Below are positions 50,492 through 59,624 of a stretch of DNA of 64,000 nt, piece by piece. The DNA lies in NCBI GenBank assembly GCA_965223845.1, contig CBDCXR010000004.1, forward strand, positions 5,504,001 through 5,568,000. Direction: 5' to 3'. Made by a program: the position numbers and the translations under genes. The first letter of the stretch is position 1; each line of letters starts with the position of its first letter. This stretch comes from Planctomycetota bacterium. GTDB taxonomy: Bacteria; Planctomycetota; UBA8108; SXIK01. The notes beneath the pieces were generated by a model. It saw only the letters and a program-made list of their open reading frames with translations, was not told the origin of the DNA and did no database searches.

Positions 50492-51266
50492 CCGGGATCT
50501 GCGCCCAGTAGCGCGTGCCCCTCCGGCGCGACGACTTCCAGCCCTCGAGCGTAACGAGCGCTCGACTCGTCCCACCGCGCAGCCCCTCCGCCGTGAGAGT
50601 CTCAGCCTCGAGCGACCAGGACGCGATCGGCGGCGACTCGCCAACCGGTGTCACCGCGAGAAACCGTCCCGTCCTCACTCCGATGAGCGCTCGCAGCCTC
50701 GCCGGATCGAATCGGTGAACCTCGCCTTCGAATCCACTCCCCTCGTACCCGAAGGCCTCGCCGACGACGGAAACGACGAGTGACGTTTTCCGCTCTTCGG
50801 CGCCGATGTGATAGACGAGAGGAAACACCGATCGTCCGGCTGCTTCGCCCGCGATCGCGAGCTCGTTCCGCGCGCGCAGATGGACGCGCGCGAACTTCGT
50901 CGTCGTCTTCTTGACGCCGATCTCGCGAATGGATCGCGGCAGGGGATAGACCACCTCGGCTCCAGCGGCGACGACGATCGTCGGAAGATCTCCGAGCGAA
51001 ACTCGTACGATCCACTCACGCTTCACCAGGCGCGGCTCGAGATCGATCCACTGCCGCTCGATTCTTCGCTCGCCCTCCTTCCGGGCGAGACGATACTCCT
51101 GCTCGAAGTACTTGAGCTCGACCGTGAGGCGATACAATCGACCCGCTGCCGACGAGTCGGCGAGGACGGCGATCGCGCTCTTCGTCCGACGGATCTCGAT
51201 CGCGCCGTCGCTCAGCGTCTCGACGGCTCCGCGCGTCGTGCGCTCGAATTCTGGTGGTTTCTTCAC
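50466..51266 (-). CDS. hypothetical protein
   Basis: 266-aa ORF filling the gap; GTGA overlap with the upstream ORF; no recognised motif. Confidence 0.5.
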   Translation of the reverse strand: MKKPPEFERTTRGAVETLSDGAIEIRRTKSAIAVLADSSAAGRLYRLTVELKYFEQEYRLARKEGERRIERQWIDLEPRLVKREWIVRVSLGDLPTIVVAAGAEVVYPLPRSIREIGVKKTTTKFARVHLRARNELAIAGEAAGRSVFPLVYHIGAEERKTSLVVSVVGEAFGYEGSGFEGEVHRFDPARLRALIGVRTGRFLAVTPVGESPPIASWSLEAETLTAEGLRGGTSRALVTLEGWKSSRRRGTRYWAQIPVRFSVTAR

Positions 51267-51694
51267 GGGGGCGTCGGGACCCGCACCTCGGTTCTGCGTC
51301 GTGGGCCGAGTCGAGGTGGTGGTGCCGGATGCCGAGCGGGCGTTGGCGCCGGCTCAGGTTCGCTCTTGAGTTGCGTCACCGCGACACTCGCGATTTCGCG
51401 CGTCGAATAACGGGTTCCGAGAATCGGCCGTCGCGGTCGACCCCGGAGCCCCTCGCCGGTGCCGAATCGGAGGAGACGCCGACTGCCGGGATCGACGACG
51501 AGATCCTCCGGCGCCGCGACCGTCGTTTCCGCACCCTCGCTCTTCCCCTTCGCCGCGTCCTTCGGCGCCGACGGCTTCTTCGGCGGCGGCGACTGCGCGG
51601 GGACGTCGGCGGCGACGCCAAAGAAAAGCGCAAACATCCACCCCGAGGCGACGGCTTTCCACGGAACGGCTGTCTGTGGACGGATTCTCGTCAT
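51263..51694 (-). CDS. hypothetical exported proline-rich protein
   Basis: Signal-like MTRIRPQ...WMFALFFGVAADVPA-Q followed by a P/K-rich segment. Confidence 0.45.
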   Translation of the reverse strand: MTRIRPQTAVPWKAVASGWMFALFFGVAADVPAQSPPPKKPSAPKDAAKGKSEGAETTVAAPEDLVVDPGSRRLLRFGTGEGLRGRPRRPILGTRYSTREIASVAVTQLKSEPEPAPTPARHPAPPPRLGPRRRTEVRVPTPP

Positions 51695-52047
51695 CTCGGG
51701 AGCACTCCCCGTGCGGAAGAGAAGAACGGCGTTCTCTCGAATTCTACCCTTCGGAACTTCCGCGTGCGCGGAGATCTCGCGCCGCGCCGAGCCCCGCGCC
51801 CTTGTGCCTAGAGTAACGGTCGACCATACTCTCGGATTCTCGCTCGAGCTCGGCCGTAACCATCGAAGACGATCGGGCGAGCGGCGACGGCAAGGCCGCA
51901 AGAAGCCCCAGACGTCGGGCGCCTCCGCGAACGATCGGAATCGACCGGGAATCGGTTCTCCGAAGGCCTGCTCGCCGCGAGCCCTCGACTGGTCCGCCTC
52001 GTTTTCTGACTCTGAACGAACTCTTCCTCGACTCCTGGGAACGCCCG

Positions 52048-52314
52048 ATGCAGCGCCCGATCAAGCTCGACCAATTCCTCAAGCTTCAGGGCGCGGCGGA
52101 GACCGGCGGCGAAGCGAAACGCTTGATTCAATCGGGCCGAGTCCGAGTCAACGGCGAGCTCGAGACTCACCGCTCGCGCCGACTCGCGCAAGGAGACATC
52201 GTCGAAATCGAGGACCAGCGGTATCTCGTTGAGGAGACGAACGACGATCCTTACGACGCTCCCGCTTCGCCCTCTTCGCGCGGCGATGCCGCTGACACCG
52301 GAACCGATTCATGA
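52048..52314 (+). CDS. RNA-binding S4 domain protein (YaaA/YbcJ-like)
   Basis: IKLDQFLKLQG.AETGGEAKRLIQSG.V.VNGE.ET.R.R.L..GD.V. Confidence 0.92.
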   Translation: MQRPIKLDQFLKLQGAAETGGEAKRLIQSGRVRVNGELETHRSRRLAQGDIVEIEDQRYLVEETNDDPYDAPASPSSRGDAADTGTDS

Positions 52315-53423
52315 GCAAGAACAAATCCATCGGCGTCGGCATCGTCGGCGCCGGCCAGGTGAGCGACTATCACCACGTTCCGGGCATTCGCCTCGATCCG
52401 CGCGCGGAGCTCGTCGCGGTTTGCGACGCGGATCCGAAGCTCATCGAGAAGCGCAAGCGAGACTGGAGCGTCGACCACGGCACGACCGAGCTCGACGAGC
52501 TTCTCGCGCTCCCCGAGGTGGATGCCGTCGTCATCGCGACGCCGAACTTTCTTCACCGCGAGCAAGCGATCGCTTGTGCGCGGGCGGGAAAGCACGTCAT
52601 GTGCGAAAAGCCGCTCGGACTCGATCCCACGGAAGTCGCGGAGATGTACACCGCGGCGCGCGACGCGGGTGTCGTACACATGACTGCGTTCACCTATCGA
52701 TTCGCTCCGTCGATGCGCTACCTCCGTCATCTCCTGTCGAGCGGCGCACTCGGTGAACCGCGTCACTTCCGCAGTCAACGCTTCCTCGACTGGCCCGAGA
52801 CGAGCTGGGGCTGGCGCCAGTACCGCGAGCGCGCGGGCGCAGGCGATCTCTTCGACATGACGATTCACCGGCTCGACTTCGCCGTCGATCTTCTCGGTCC
52901 CCTCGCGCGGGTCTCCGGAGCGGTCGCTCGATTTGCGCCGCGGGACCGCACCGCGTCCGGCGAGCCGTGCGCGCCGTCCGATGTCGACGATTGGTCGGCG
53001 CTCATCGGCGAGTTCGAAAGCGGCGCCGTCGGCGTGTGGGAAGGGACGACGCTCGCGAAGGGATACCACCGAGAAGGATTCGGCCACGAGTGGGCGGAAG
53101 TGAACGCGGCGAAAGGATCAGCGGTCTACCGGCTTCACGAGCCGAACGTTATCCTCCTCGGAAAGACAGGGAGCGATCTCGCTCCGGTCGACGTTCCCAC
53201 CGAATTCTTGAAGCCGACGGGGAGTCCGCGCGACCCGGCTGAGGGCGAGCCCGCGACCGTCTTTCGTTACGATCTCATCTGGGAGTTCGTCTCGGCGATC
53301 GCCGACGGCCGGGACGCAGTTCCGTCCTTCTACGACGGCCTCGTCGCGCAAACGATCGCCGAGGCCGTGCTCGTCTCGCACCGCGATCGACGGTGGGTCG
53401 ACGTCGCGATGCCGCCGCGTTGA
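52311..53423 (+). CDS. Gfo/Idh/MocA family oxidoreductase
   Basis: VGIVGAG, DAVVIATPNFLH, GKHVMCEKP, GDLFDMTIHRLD. Confidence 0.93.
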   Translation: MSKNKSIGVGIVGAGQVSDYHHVPGIRLDPRAELVAVCDADPKLIEKRKRDWSVDHGTTELDELLALPEVDAVVIATPNFLHREQAIACARAGKHVMCEKPLGLDPTEVAEMYTAARDAGVVHMTAFTYRFAPSMRYLRHLLSSGALGEPRHFRSQRFLDWPETSWGWRQYRERAGAGDLFDMTIHRLDFAVDLLGPLARVSGAVARFAPRDRTASGEPCAPSDVDDWSALIGEFESGAVGVWEGTTLAKGYHREGFGHEWAEVNAAKGSAVYRLHEPNVILLGKTGSDLAPVDVPTEFLKPTGSPRDPAEGEPATVFRYDLIWEFVSAIADGRDAVPSFYDGLVAQTIAEAVLVSHRDRRWVDVAMPPR

Positions 53424-53477
53424 TCGCGCTGCGCGATCGTTTGTTACAAACTTGAACCTCGGCCCGGCAGGTACATC

Positions 53478-54215
53478 ATGAGATCCCCGGTCAGCGAGAA
53501 GCGAGTCCTCATCGTCGGCGGCGGAACGGGAGTCGGACGCGCCACCGCGCTCGCGTTCGCAGAGGCGGGCGCCACCGTTGCCATCGCCGGACGGCGTGAA
53601 GAGAAGCTGCGCGAAGTCGCGAAGACATTCACAGGGAATCCGGCAATCCAGCTCCGTCGATGCGACACTTCGGATCGGGACGACGCCCGCGCGCTCGTCG
53701 AATGGGCGACGGCGGAAATGGGCGGAGTCGACATTCTGGTTCAGAGCGCCGGGATCAACATCCGCCGCCGCATGATGTCGGACATCGACCCCGACGATTG
53801 GGACCGCGTTCTCCGCGTCAATGCGACCGGAGCGTTCAACACGATCCATGCCGTCCTCCCGCAGATGCGTGAGCGCGGCCGCGGCGACATCATCAACATC
53901 TCCTCGGTCGCGGGGAAGCGGGCTGTGCTCCTCGGCGGCGTCGCGTACAACGCCTCGAAGTTCGCGATGTCGGCCCTCGGAACGAGCGTCGGGCTCGAAG
54001 CCGGCAAGGACGGCGTGCGCGTGACGAACATTTATCCCGGTGAAATCAACACCCCGATTCTCGACGAGCGACCGAACCCGGTGAGCGACGAGCACCGCGC
54101 GCGCATCCTTCAGCCGGAAGACGTCGCGGCCGCCGTTCTCCTCGCCGCGTCGCTTCCGCCCGAGGCCCACATACCCGAGCTCGTGATCAAGCCGACGATT
54201 CAGGAGTTCGCGTAG
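53478..54215 (+). CDS. SDR family NAD(P)-dependent oxidoreductase
   Basis: GGGTGVG, SAG, INISS, YNASK, YPGEINTPIL. Confidence 0.93.
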   Translation: MRSPVSEKRVLIVGGGTGVGRATALAFAEAGATVAIAGRREEKLREVAKTFTGNPAIQLRRCDTSDRDDARALVEWATAEMGGVDILVQSAGINIRRRMMSDIDPDDWDRVLRVNATGAFNTIHAVLPQMRERGRGDIINISSVAGKRAVLLGGVAYNASKFAMSALGTSVGLEAGKDGVRVTNIYPGEINTPILDERPNPVSDEHRARILQPEDVAAAVLLAASLPPEAHIPELVIKPTIQEFA

Positions 54216-54336
54216 AGCTGCGGTAGAGATTCGCGCGAAGCGTGCGGCGCGGACGGGAGAAGACGAAGAAGACGAGATCCGCCGGTGGCTTGGTCGCCGC
54301 AGGGAGATTCTCGCTCGACGAAACTCGTCGCTTCGG

Positions 54337-56244
54337 TCACGGCGATCTCAGCGGGGCGGAGCTCGGCTCGACCCGAAGACGCACGACGACCGGATCGTGA
54401 TCGCTCGCGGCATTCGGGAAATCGACGTTCACATGCACAATGTCGCAGTCGATCCGGGACGCGAATGCCGGCGAGACGAGAACGTGGTCGAGCTCCGAGC
54501 ACACGCCGCGGTGGTTGTAGGTGTAACGATCGGCGGGAGCGAGTCGGTTCGCGGCGTGAACGAGACGAAACCCGTCCACTGAACGCGCCGATTCCTCCCC
54601 AGTGAGAGGGCGCAGCGCGGGGGAATACGCCTGGGTGTTGAAGTCGCCGAGGACGACGATCCGTACGCCGATCGTTCGCGTGACTTCGCGGAGCACGGTC
54701 GCGAGAAGGTCGATCTGTCGCGCCCGCGGCACCGCGGTCGGATCGAACGGCGGCTGGCGGCGACCGAACTCGGGCTCCGCACCGTAGCGCGAGCGGAGAT
54801 GCACGTTGACGAACAAGATCGACTCGCCGCCCAAGTCGAAGCCCGCGACGAGGGGTTTTCGGCAGCCGGAGTACTCCTCGGTCCCGTCGAAGAGTCGAAA
54901 CGCCGCGGGGCCGTTCGCCGGTCTCGCTGCCGTCGATTCGCGGCCTCGCGCGACACGGAACACCGCTTTGGTCAGCTCGGGCGCGAGCCTCACGCGATCG
55001 CGTCGATAGAGAAATCCGGTACGGATATTGGTCCCGCGACGACCACCGTCGGCGCCGTCGCGCGGAGGATCGATCTGCACGTGGTCGTAGTCAGGCCCGC
55101 CGGCGGCCGCGATCGCCGCGGTGAGGCGACGGAACGTCTCGTCTCCGCCCGTGCGTCCGTCGTTCTCCGCACCGCTCCGGTCGGTGATTTCCTGCACCGC
55201 GACGAGGTCGGGGGCGCGAAGCACGGACGCAATCTGCCGCGCGATCTTCACCATCCGCCGGCGGTCGCCCGGACCGAGGTTGTGAAGATTGAACGACGCG
55301 ATCGTCCAGTGGGTCGCATCGCCCGAAAGCACGGCGCTCTCCGGGGGAATCGTCGCGGGCTCGATCGTCGCCGATCCGCGCTCGAGCAATGCGTACTGAC
55401 CGAAGCGGTAGTCGAGGGTGGCGTCGACGTCGAGCAGTCGAGCTCCGGTCGCGAGCTCCGAGCGATCCTCGGCGCCTTCAGAAAGAAGCAGAAAGCGAAG
55501 CGGGTGGCGTCGGTGCGGCGATGCGATCCACGACCCTCGCGAAGTTCGCGTCGCGCAGGAGCAGTCTTCGGGCGAGACGATCAGGGCGCGTCGGCGGGCC
55601 GCTGGGGCGACCACGATCGCTCGCTCGATGCGTATGCGCATACCTTCGAGACTCTCCAGCCGATCGAGCGCGTCCTCGTTCGGGTCGAAACGAACATCCG
55701 CACGCTCGACGGAGCGCCCGCGCGCGTCGTCTTCCATCGTTTCGCACGGAACTGCGGCTTCCGCGCGATTCCCGGATCGCAGACGGCCGCCGCAATTGAG
55801 AGAGACCCCGTCCGGCACCCGCGCGAGACCGGCGAGCTCGATCTCGGGCCAGGCGATCTGGGTGACGGTGAGATCGGTCGCTCGCCTCGCCGAAGGGACG
55901 TACTCGACGACGCGCCCGCGGACGCGCACGAGCGCACCGCTCGCGACATCGCTCCCCGGCGTGCCAGCCGTGAAGATGTAGACGCCCTCCGAGGTCTCGG
56001 CCGAAGAATCCGGATGCGTTGATTGGAGGTAGAAGCCCCGCGAATCGACGGTCGTCACGACCCCTTCGACGCCGAGCACGTCGACGTTCTCGAGCGGCGA
56101 GCGATGGCGCGCACCCTGAATGTCCGAAATCGTCGCGGGCGGGATCGAGGGCCGGTAGACCCACCGAACGATCAGCCCGCCGATCGCAGCGCACGCGACC
56201 ACGGCGGCGACTCGCCCCAGACGTTTGACTCGCCGACAGCTCAC
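54337..56244 (-). CDS. extracellular endonuclease/exonuclease/phosphatase (ExeM/NucH-like) with an OB-fold
   Basis: ISDIQG..HRSP, GFYLQS, TSEGVYIF, LEGM, ASFNLHN, QEI, GDFN, LDH, SDHDPV. GTG 56244 has a GGGAG RBS; an alternative ATG is at 56349. Confidence 0.87.
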   Translation of the reverse strand: MSCRRVKRLGRVAAVVACAAIGGLIVRWVYRPSIPPATISDIQGARHRSPLENVDVLGVEGVVTTVDSRGFYLQSTHPDSSAETSEGVYIFTAGTPGSDVASGALVRVRGRVVEYVPSARRATDLTVTQIAWPEIELAGLARVPDGVSLNCGGRLRSGNRAEAAVPCETMEDDARGRSVERADVRFDPNEDALDRLESLEGMRIRIERAIVVAPAARRRALIVSPEDCSCATRTSRGSWIASPHRRHPLRFLLLSEGAEDRSELATGARLLDVDATLDYRFGQYALLERGSATIEPATIPPESAVLSGDATHWTIASFNLHNLGPGDRRRMVKIARQIASVLRAPDLVAVQEITDRSGAENDGRTGGDETFRRLTAAIAAAGGPDYDHVQIDPPRDGADGGRRGTNIRTGFLYRRDRVRLAPELTKAVFRVARGRESTAARPANGPAAFRLFDGTEEYSGCRKPLVAGFDLGGESILFVNVHLRSRYGAEPEFGRRQPPFDPTAVPRARQIDLLATVLREVTRTIGVRIVVLGDFNTQAYSPALRPLTGEESARSVDGFRLVHAANRLAPADRYTYNHRGVCSELDHVLVSPAFASRIDCDIVHVNVDFPNAASDHDPVVVRLRVEPSSAPLRSP

Positions 56245-56399
56245 CGACCGCTCCCCACAACAGACCTTGCGATTCGAACTCCTCGCGAGAATCGCGCGTC
56301 TTCCGCGCGCGACTCCGTGAGGATAGGACCGATCCCGGTGCTTCGCCATCGCGCCCGCGTGGGCCGACCGCTCCCCTCTTCACCCGGCGAGCCGCCTCG

Positions 56400-57278
56400 C
56401 TACCGAGTCCAGTTGATCTCGCGCGCCGTCAGTCCGCCGACTGCGCAGTCATCGAGGCTCCGCACGGGCGCGTCGACCGATTCGGAGACCGGTCGCCCGA
56501 GCGCCATGATCTCCGCTTTCGGCTGCGGATAGCGCGGCTCGCGATCCGGCTCGACGTACCCGCCCGGATAGACACTCACCCCGTCGTACTTGTCACTCGC
56601 ACCGAGTGGATGGCAAAGCTCGTGGGCGACGATCGCGCAGGTATGGCCGCGACGATCATCGTTCATCGGCGCGAACACGACGCCCATTCGACTCCGGCGC
56701 GTGGCGACCGAGTCGTAACCGCCAAAGAGATCGCGCCGGCTCTGGTCGTAGTCGTCGTAGAAGTAAAGGAAGAGAACGACGTCGCTCGTCGTGAGGAGGA
56801 GATCTTCGCGATCGCGAATCTCGGTGAAATACTCGAGGAAGGCTTGCGTTCCGCGGTAGCGCTCGAAAAAGGACGCCTCGGCCGTGGGAAGCGCCGGCGG
56901 AGGAGCATCGACTCGAACCGGACCGCGAATGGAGACGCTGAGCGGCGCGCTGTCGATCCCCGTGTGACGCGCGTACTCGCGCTGGAACCACTCCTCCACG
57001 TGGAGGAGGTTTCGATCGGGCCGAGCGGCCCGACTGAGAAACCTCTGAATGAATCGCTCGCCGTCGGCGATCGATCGACTCTTGCCGTCGATCAGCGCGA
57101 CGAAGGTCACGCGGACGGGCTCGTCCCACGCGAAGGTGTGGTGGTCGTCGAGATAGTTGTCGAGCCCCCAGATGCCGACGGCGAGGAACGCTACGAGAAG
57201 GATCGAAATGCGAATCCGCCGAAACTTCGCTCGGCGGCGCTCGCGCGCCTCGTACTGTCGCGTTCCCTTGGCGTACAC
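56400..57278 (-). CDS. membrane-anchored zinc metallopeptidase-like protein (HExxH)
   Basis: N-terminal TM ISILLVAFLAVGIWGL, HELCHPLGASDKY, and a Met-turn-like AEIMA. Confidence 0.7.
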   Translation of the reverse strand: MYAKGTRQYEARERRRAKFRRIRISILLVAFLAVGIWGLDNYLDDHHTFAWDEPVRVTFVALIDGKSRSIADGERFIQRFLSRAARPDRNLLHVEEWFQREYARHTGIDSAPLSVSIRGPVRVDAPPPALPTAEASFFERYRGTQAFLEYFTEIRDREDLLLTTSDVVLFLYFYDDYDQSRRDLFGGYDSVATRRSRMGVVFAPMNDDRRGHTCAIVAHELCHPLGASDKYDGVSVYPGGYVEPDREPRYPQPKAEIMALGRPVSESVDAPVRSLDDCAVGGLTAREINWTR

Positions 57279-57479
57279 GTCGTCCTGCGCTCGATTCGCG
57301 GGGAGGCTCGATCGGGTGCGGCGAAGAAAACAGTTGGTCGCAGCACCTTCATCCTCTATCGGTAGGATTCGTCGCCCGGGCCGAATCGTCTCGCGATACC
57401 GCGCGATGGCGGGGAATATCGGTCGGCTGCCGCTCCCGGACGGGAGTGGCCGGACACAACTCTCCATGAGCTCAAGCGG

Positions 57480-58463
57480 ATGAAACGAGAACGAAGTCTA
57501 CGTGGTCGGACCGCGCTCTCGCGCCGCCGATTTCTCTCCCGAGCGGCGAGCGGCGCTCTCGCTGCTTGCGCACCGTTTTCGTCGAGAGTCGTCGCCGCAC
57601 CCCGTGTATCAACGACCTCGGACGAGAAGCCATCGGACGCGAAGACGCCGAAGATCATCGACATCCACCAGCACACGAACTACCACGGCCGCTCCGATGC
57701 CGATCTCGTCCGGCACCAACGCGCGATGGGGATCACCCACACCGTGCTCCTTCCCGCCGGGTCGAAATACGGGCTCGCGGCAAAGTGCGGCCGGAACGAC
57801 ACGGTCCTCAAGATCGCGAAGGAGTTCCCCCGCGAGTTCGTCTTCTTCGCGAACGAGCTCCCAGACCTCCCGACCGCGAAAGCCGAGATCGAGAAATACC
57901 TCGAGCTCGGCGCCATCGGCATCGGCGAGCAAAAGTTCCCCGTCGAGTGCGATTCCAAAGCGATCGAAACGATCGCACGCCTCGCCGAGAAGCACGATGT
58001 TCCCGTCCTCCTTCACTTTCAGCACCGCGCCTACAATCTCAAGTTCGAACGGTTCTACAAGGTGCTCGAACGGTTTCCCAAAGTGCGGTTCATCGGCCAC
58101 GCTCAGACCTGGTGGGGAAACATCGATAAGAAGCACGACCAAAGCGTGATGTACCCGAAAGGGAAAGTGACGCCGGGTGGTCTCACGGATCGTTGGCTCG
58201 CCGACTACCCGAATCTCTACGGTGACCTATCGGCCGGCTCGGGCCTGAACGCCCTGCTCCGCGATGAGGAGCACGCGCGGGAGTTTCTCGAGCGGCACCA
58301 CAAGAAGCTCCTTTACGGAAGCGACTGCGCGGACACGGTCGGTCGCGGCGAGAAGTGCCAAGGGGCGCAAACGATCGCAGCGGTTCGCCGCCTTGCGAGC
58401 GAGAAGGCGCAGCGATCGATTTTCTTCGACAATGCAAAGCGAGTGCTGAAGCTGGAGACCTAG
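57480..58463 (+). CDS. Tat-exported amidohydrolase family protein (Amidohydro_2)
   Basis: LSRRRFL Tat motif, IIDIHQH, GIGEQKF, LLHF, FIGHAQ, DLSAGSG, LLYGSDC. Confidence 0.88.
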   Translation: MKRERSLRGRTALSRRRFLSRAASGALAACAPFSSRVVAAPRVSTTSDEKPSDAKTPKIIDIHQHTNYHGRSDADLVRHQRAMGITHTVLLPAGSKYGLAAKCGRNDTVLKIAKEFPREFVFFANELPDLPTAKAEIEKYLELGAIGIGEQKFPVECDSKAIETIARLAEKHDVPVLLHFQHRAYNLKFERFYKVLERFPKVRFIGHAQTWWGNIDKKHDQSVMYPKGKVTPGGLTDRWLADYPNLYGDLSAGSGLNALLRDEEHAREFLERHHKKLLYGSDCADTVGRGEKCQGAQTIAAVRRLASEKAQRSIFFDNAKRVLKLET

Positions 58464-58467
58464 GGAA

Positions 58468-59430
58468 TTGAGCCGCATCAAGACCGGATCGCGCGCGCGC
58501 TGGAACGCCGCGGCGGCTCTAGCCCTTCTCGCCGCCTGCGCGGACCGGCCCGCGCCCCCGCCGCGCGTCGACGGCGGCGCAGCATCATCGACGGGAGCGG
58601 TGAGAGAGAACGAATCGAGCACGGTCGCGTCTCGGCCGCCGGCGGGCGCGACACTCGATGTCGACGGACTCTACGCGCGTTCGCCGGCGCAGTTCGCGCG
58701 GGCAGCTCTCGTGAAGCCCGATCGAAGCGAGTCGGATCGGGAGGGAGCGGGATTCGATCTCTATCTCGCTCCGCTCTTCGTCGTCGAATGCGACCTCGAG
58801 ATCGATCCCTCCGCGCTCGCGACGAGTGCGCTCGGCAGCGGACCGAAGCGCTCCCACCCGAGCGCGAAGTCCCCGCCGAGTCCCTCCGCTCCGGTGGTCG
58901 AGTACTCGGAGTCGGCGGAGATCGTCCGCGGCCGCGAGCTCCGTCGGCTCGCGTTTTGGTGGACGCCGCCCGAGCCGTCCGCAGGCACCGATGCGAGTCG
59001 TCGTCGCCGGAGCGGAGTCCGCATGACGTTCGACGAGTCGGGAAATCCGATCGTCTGGGAGATTCTCGACGAGACCGCGATCGCGCACGCGGTGTACGTC
59101 GACGAAGAGCTCGAAGCCGCGGCCCGCGCGGAATTCGGGCCGCCGCTCGACGGTCGCAAGTTCTCGATCGAACGCGCGCGCGACGACACGCCGGACGTCG
59201 CGGTCGTGCGAACGATCCCCTCCTCGTCCGTTCCGATGGGGCCCTTCGTCTACGTCGATCGCGACTACTGGACCGCGGACCTCCTTTGTCGCTGCGAATC
59301 GTCTCGCTTCGAAACGCTCGCCGGCGACGCGATCTACACGCTTCGTAAGCAGCCGGCGCCGAATGACCCTGCGAGCGGGCTCGAGGACCGACCGCTCGAA
59401 TCGATTCTTCGCATTCCGACCGCCCGCTGA
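58468..59430 (+). CDS. hypothetical lipoprotein
   Basis: AAAALALLAAC lipobox; C-terminal PMGPFVYV...LLCRCESS. Confidence 0.65.
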   Translation: MSRIKTGSRARWNAAAALALLAACADRPAPPPRVDGGAASSTGAVRENESSTVASRPPAGATLDVDGLYARSPAQFARAALVKPDRSESDREGAGFDLYLAPLFVVECDLEIDPSALATSALGSGPKRSHPSAKSPPSPSAPVVEYSESAEIVRGRELRRLAFWWTPPEPSAGTDASRRRRSGVRMTFDESGNPIVWEILDETAIAHAVYVDEELEAAARAEFGPPLDGRKFSIERARDDTPDVAVVRTIPSSSVPMGPFVYVDRDYWTADLLCRCESSRFETLAGDAIYTLRKQPAPNDPASGLEDRPLESILRIPTAR

Positions 59431-59624
59431 CCGGGGCGCGCGGCCGCAGGAGGGACGCGGGCCCCGGCGCAGCGCCGTCGACGACGTCAGCACGGAGAAG
59501 TCGCGTCGATCGAAAGCCTCGGAGGCGCGCGGCCGAGCGGCTACAATCTCTCGCCGGTCGATCGGCGGCGCGTCGCCGATTCGTCGTTCTCGGCGTCCTC
59601 GATTCGCTGTTGCCCTCGAACTCT

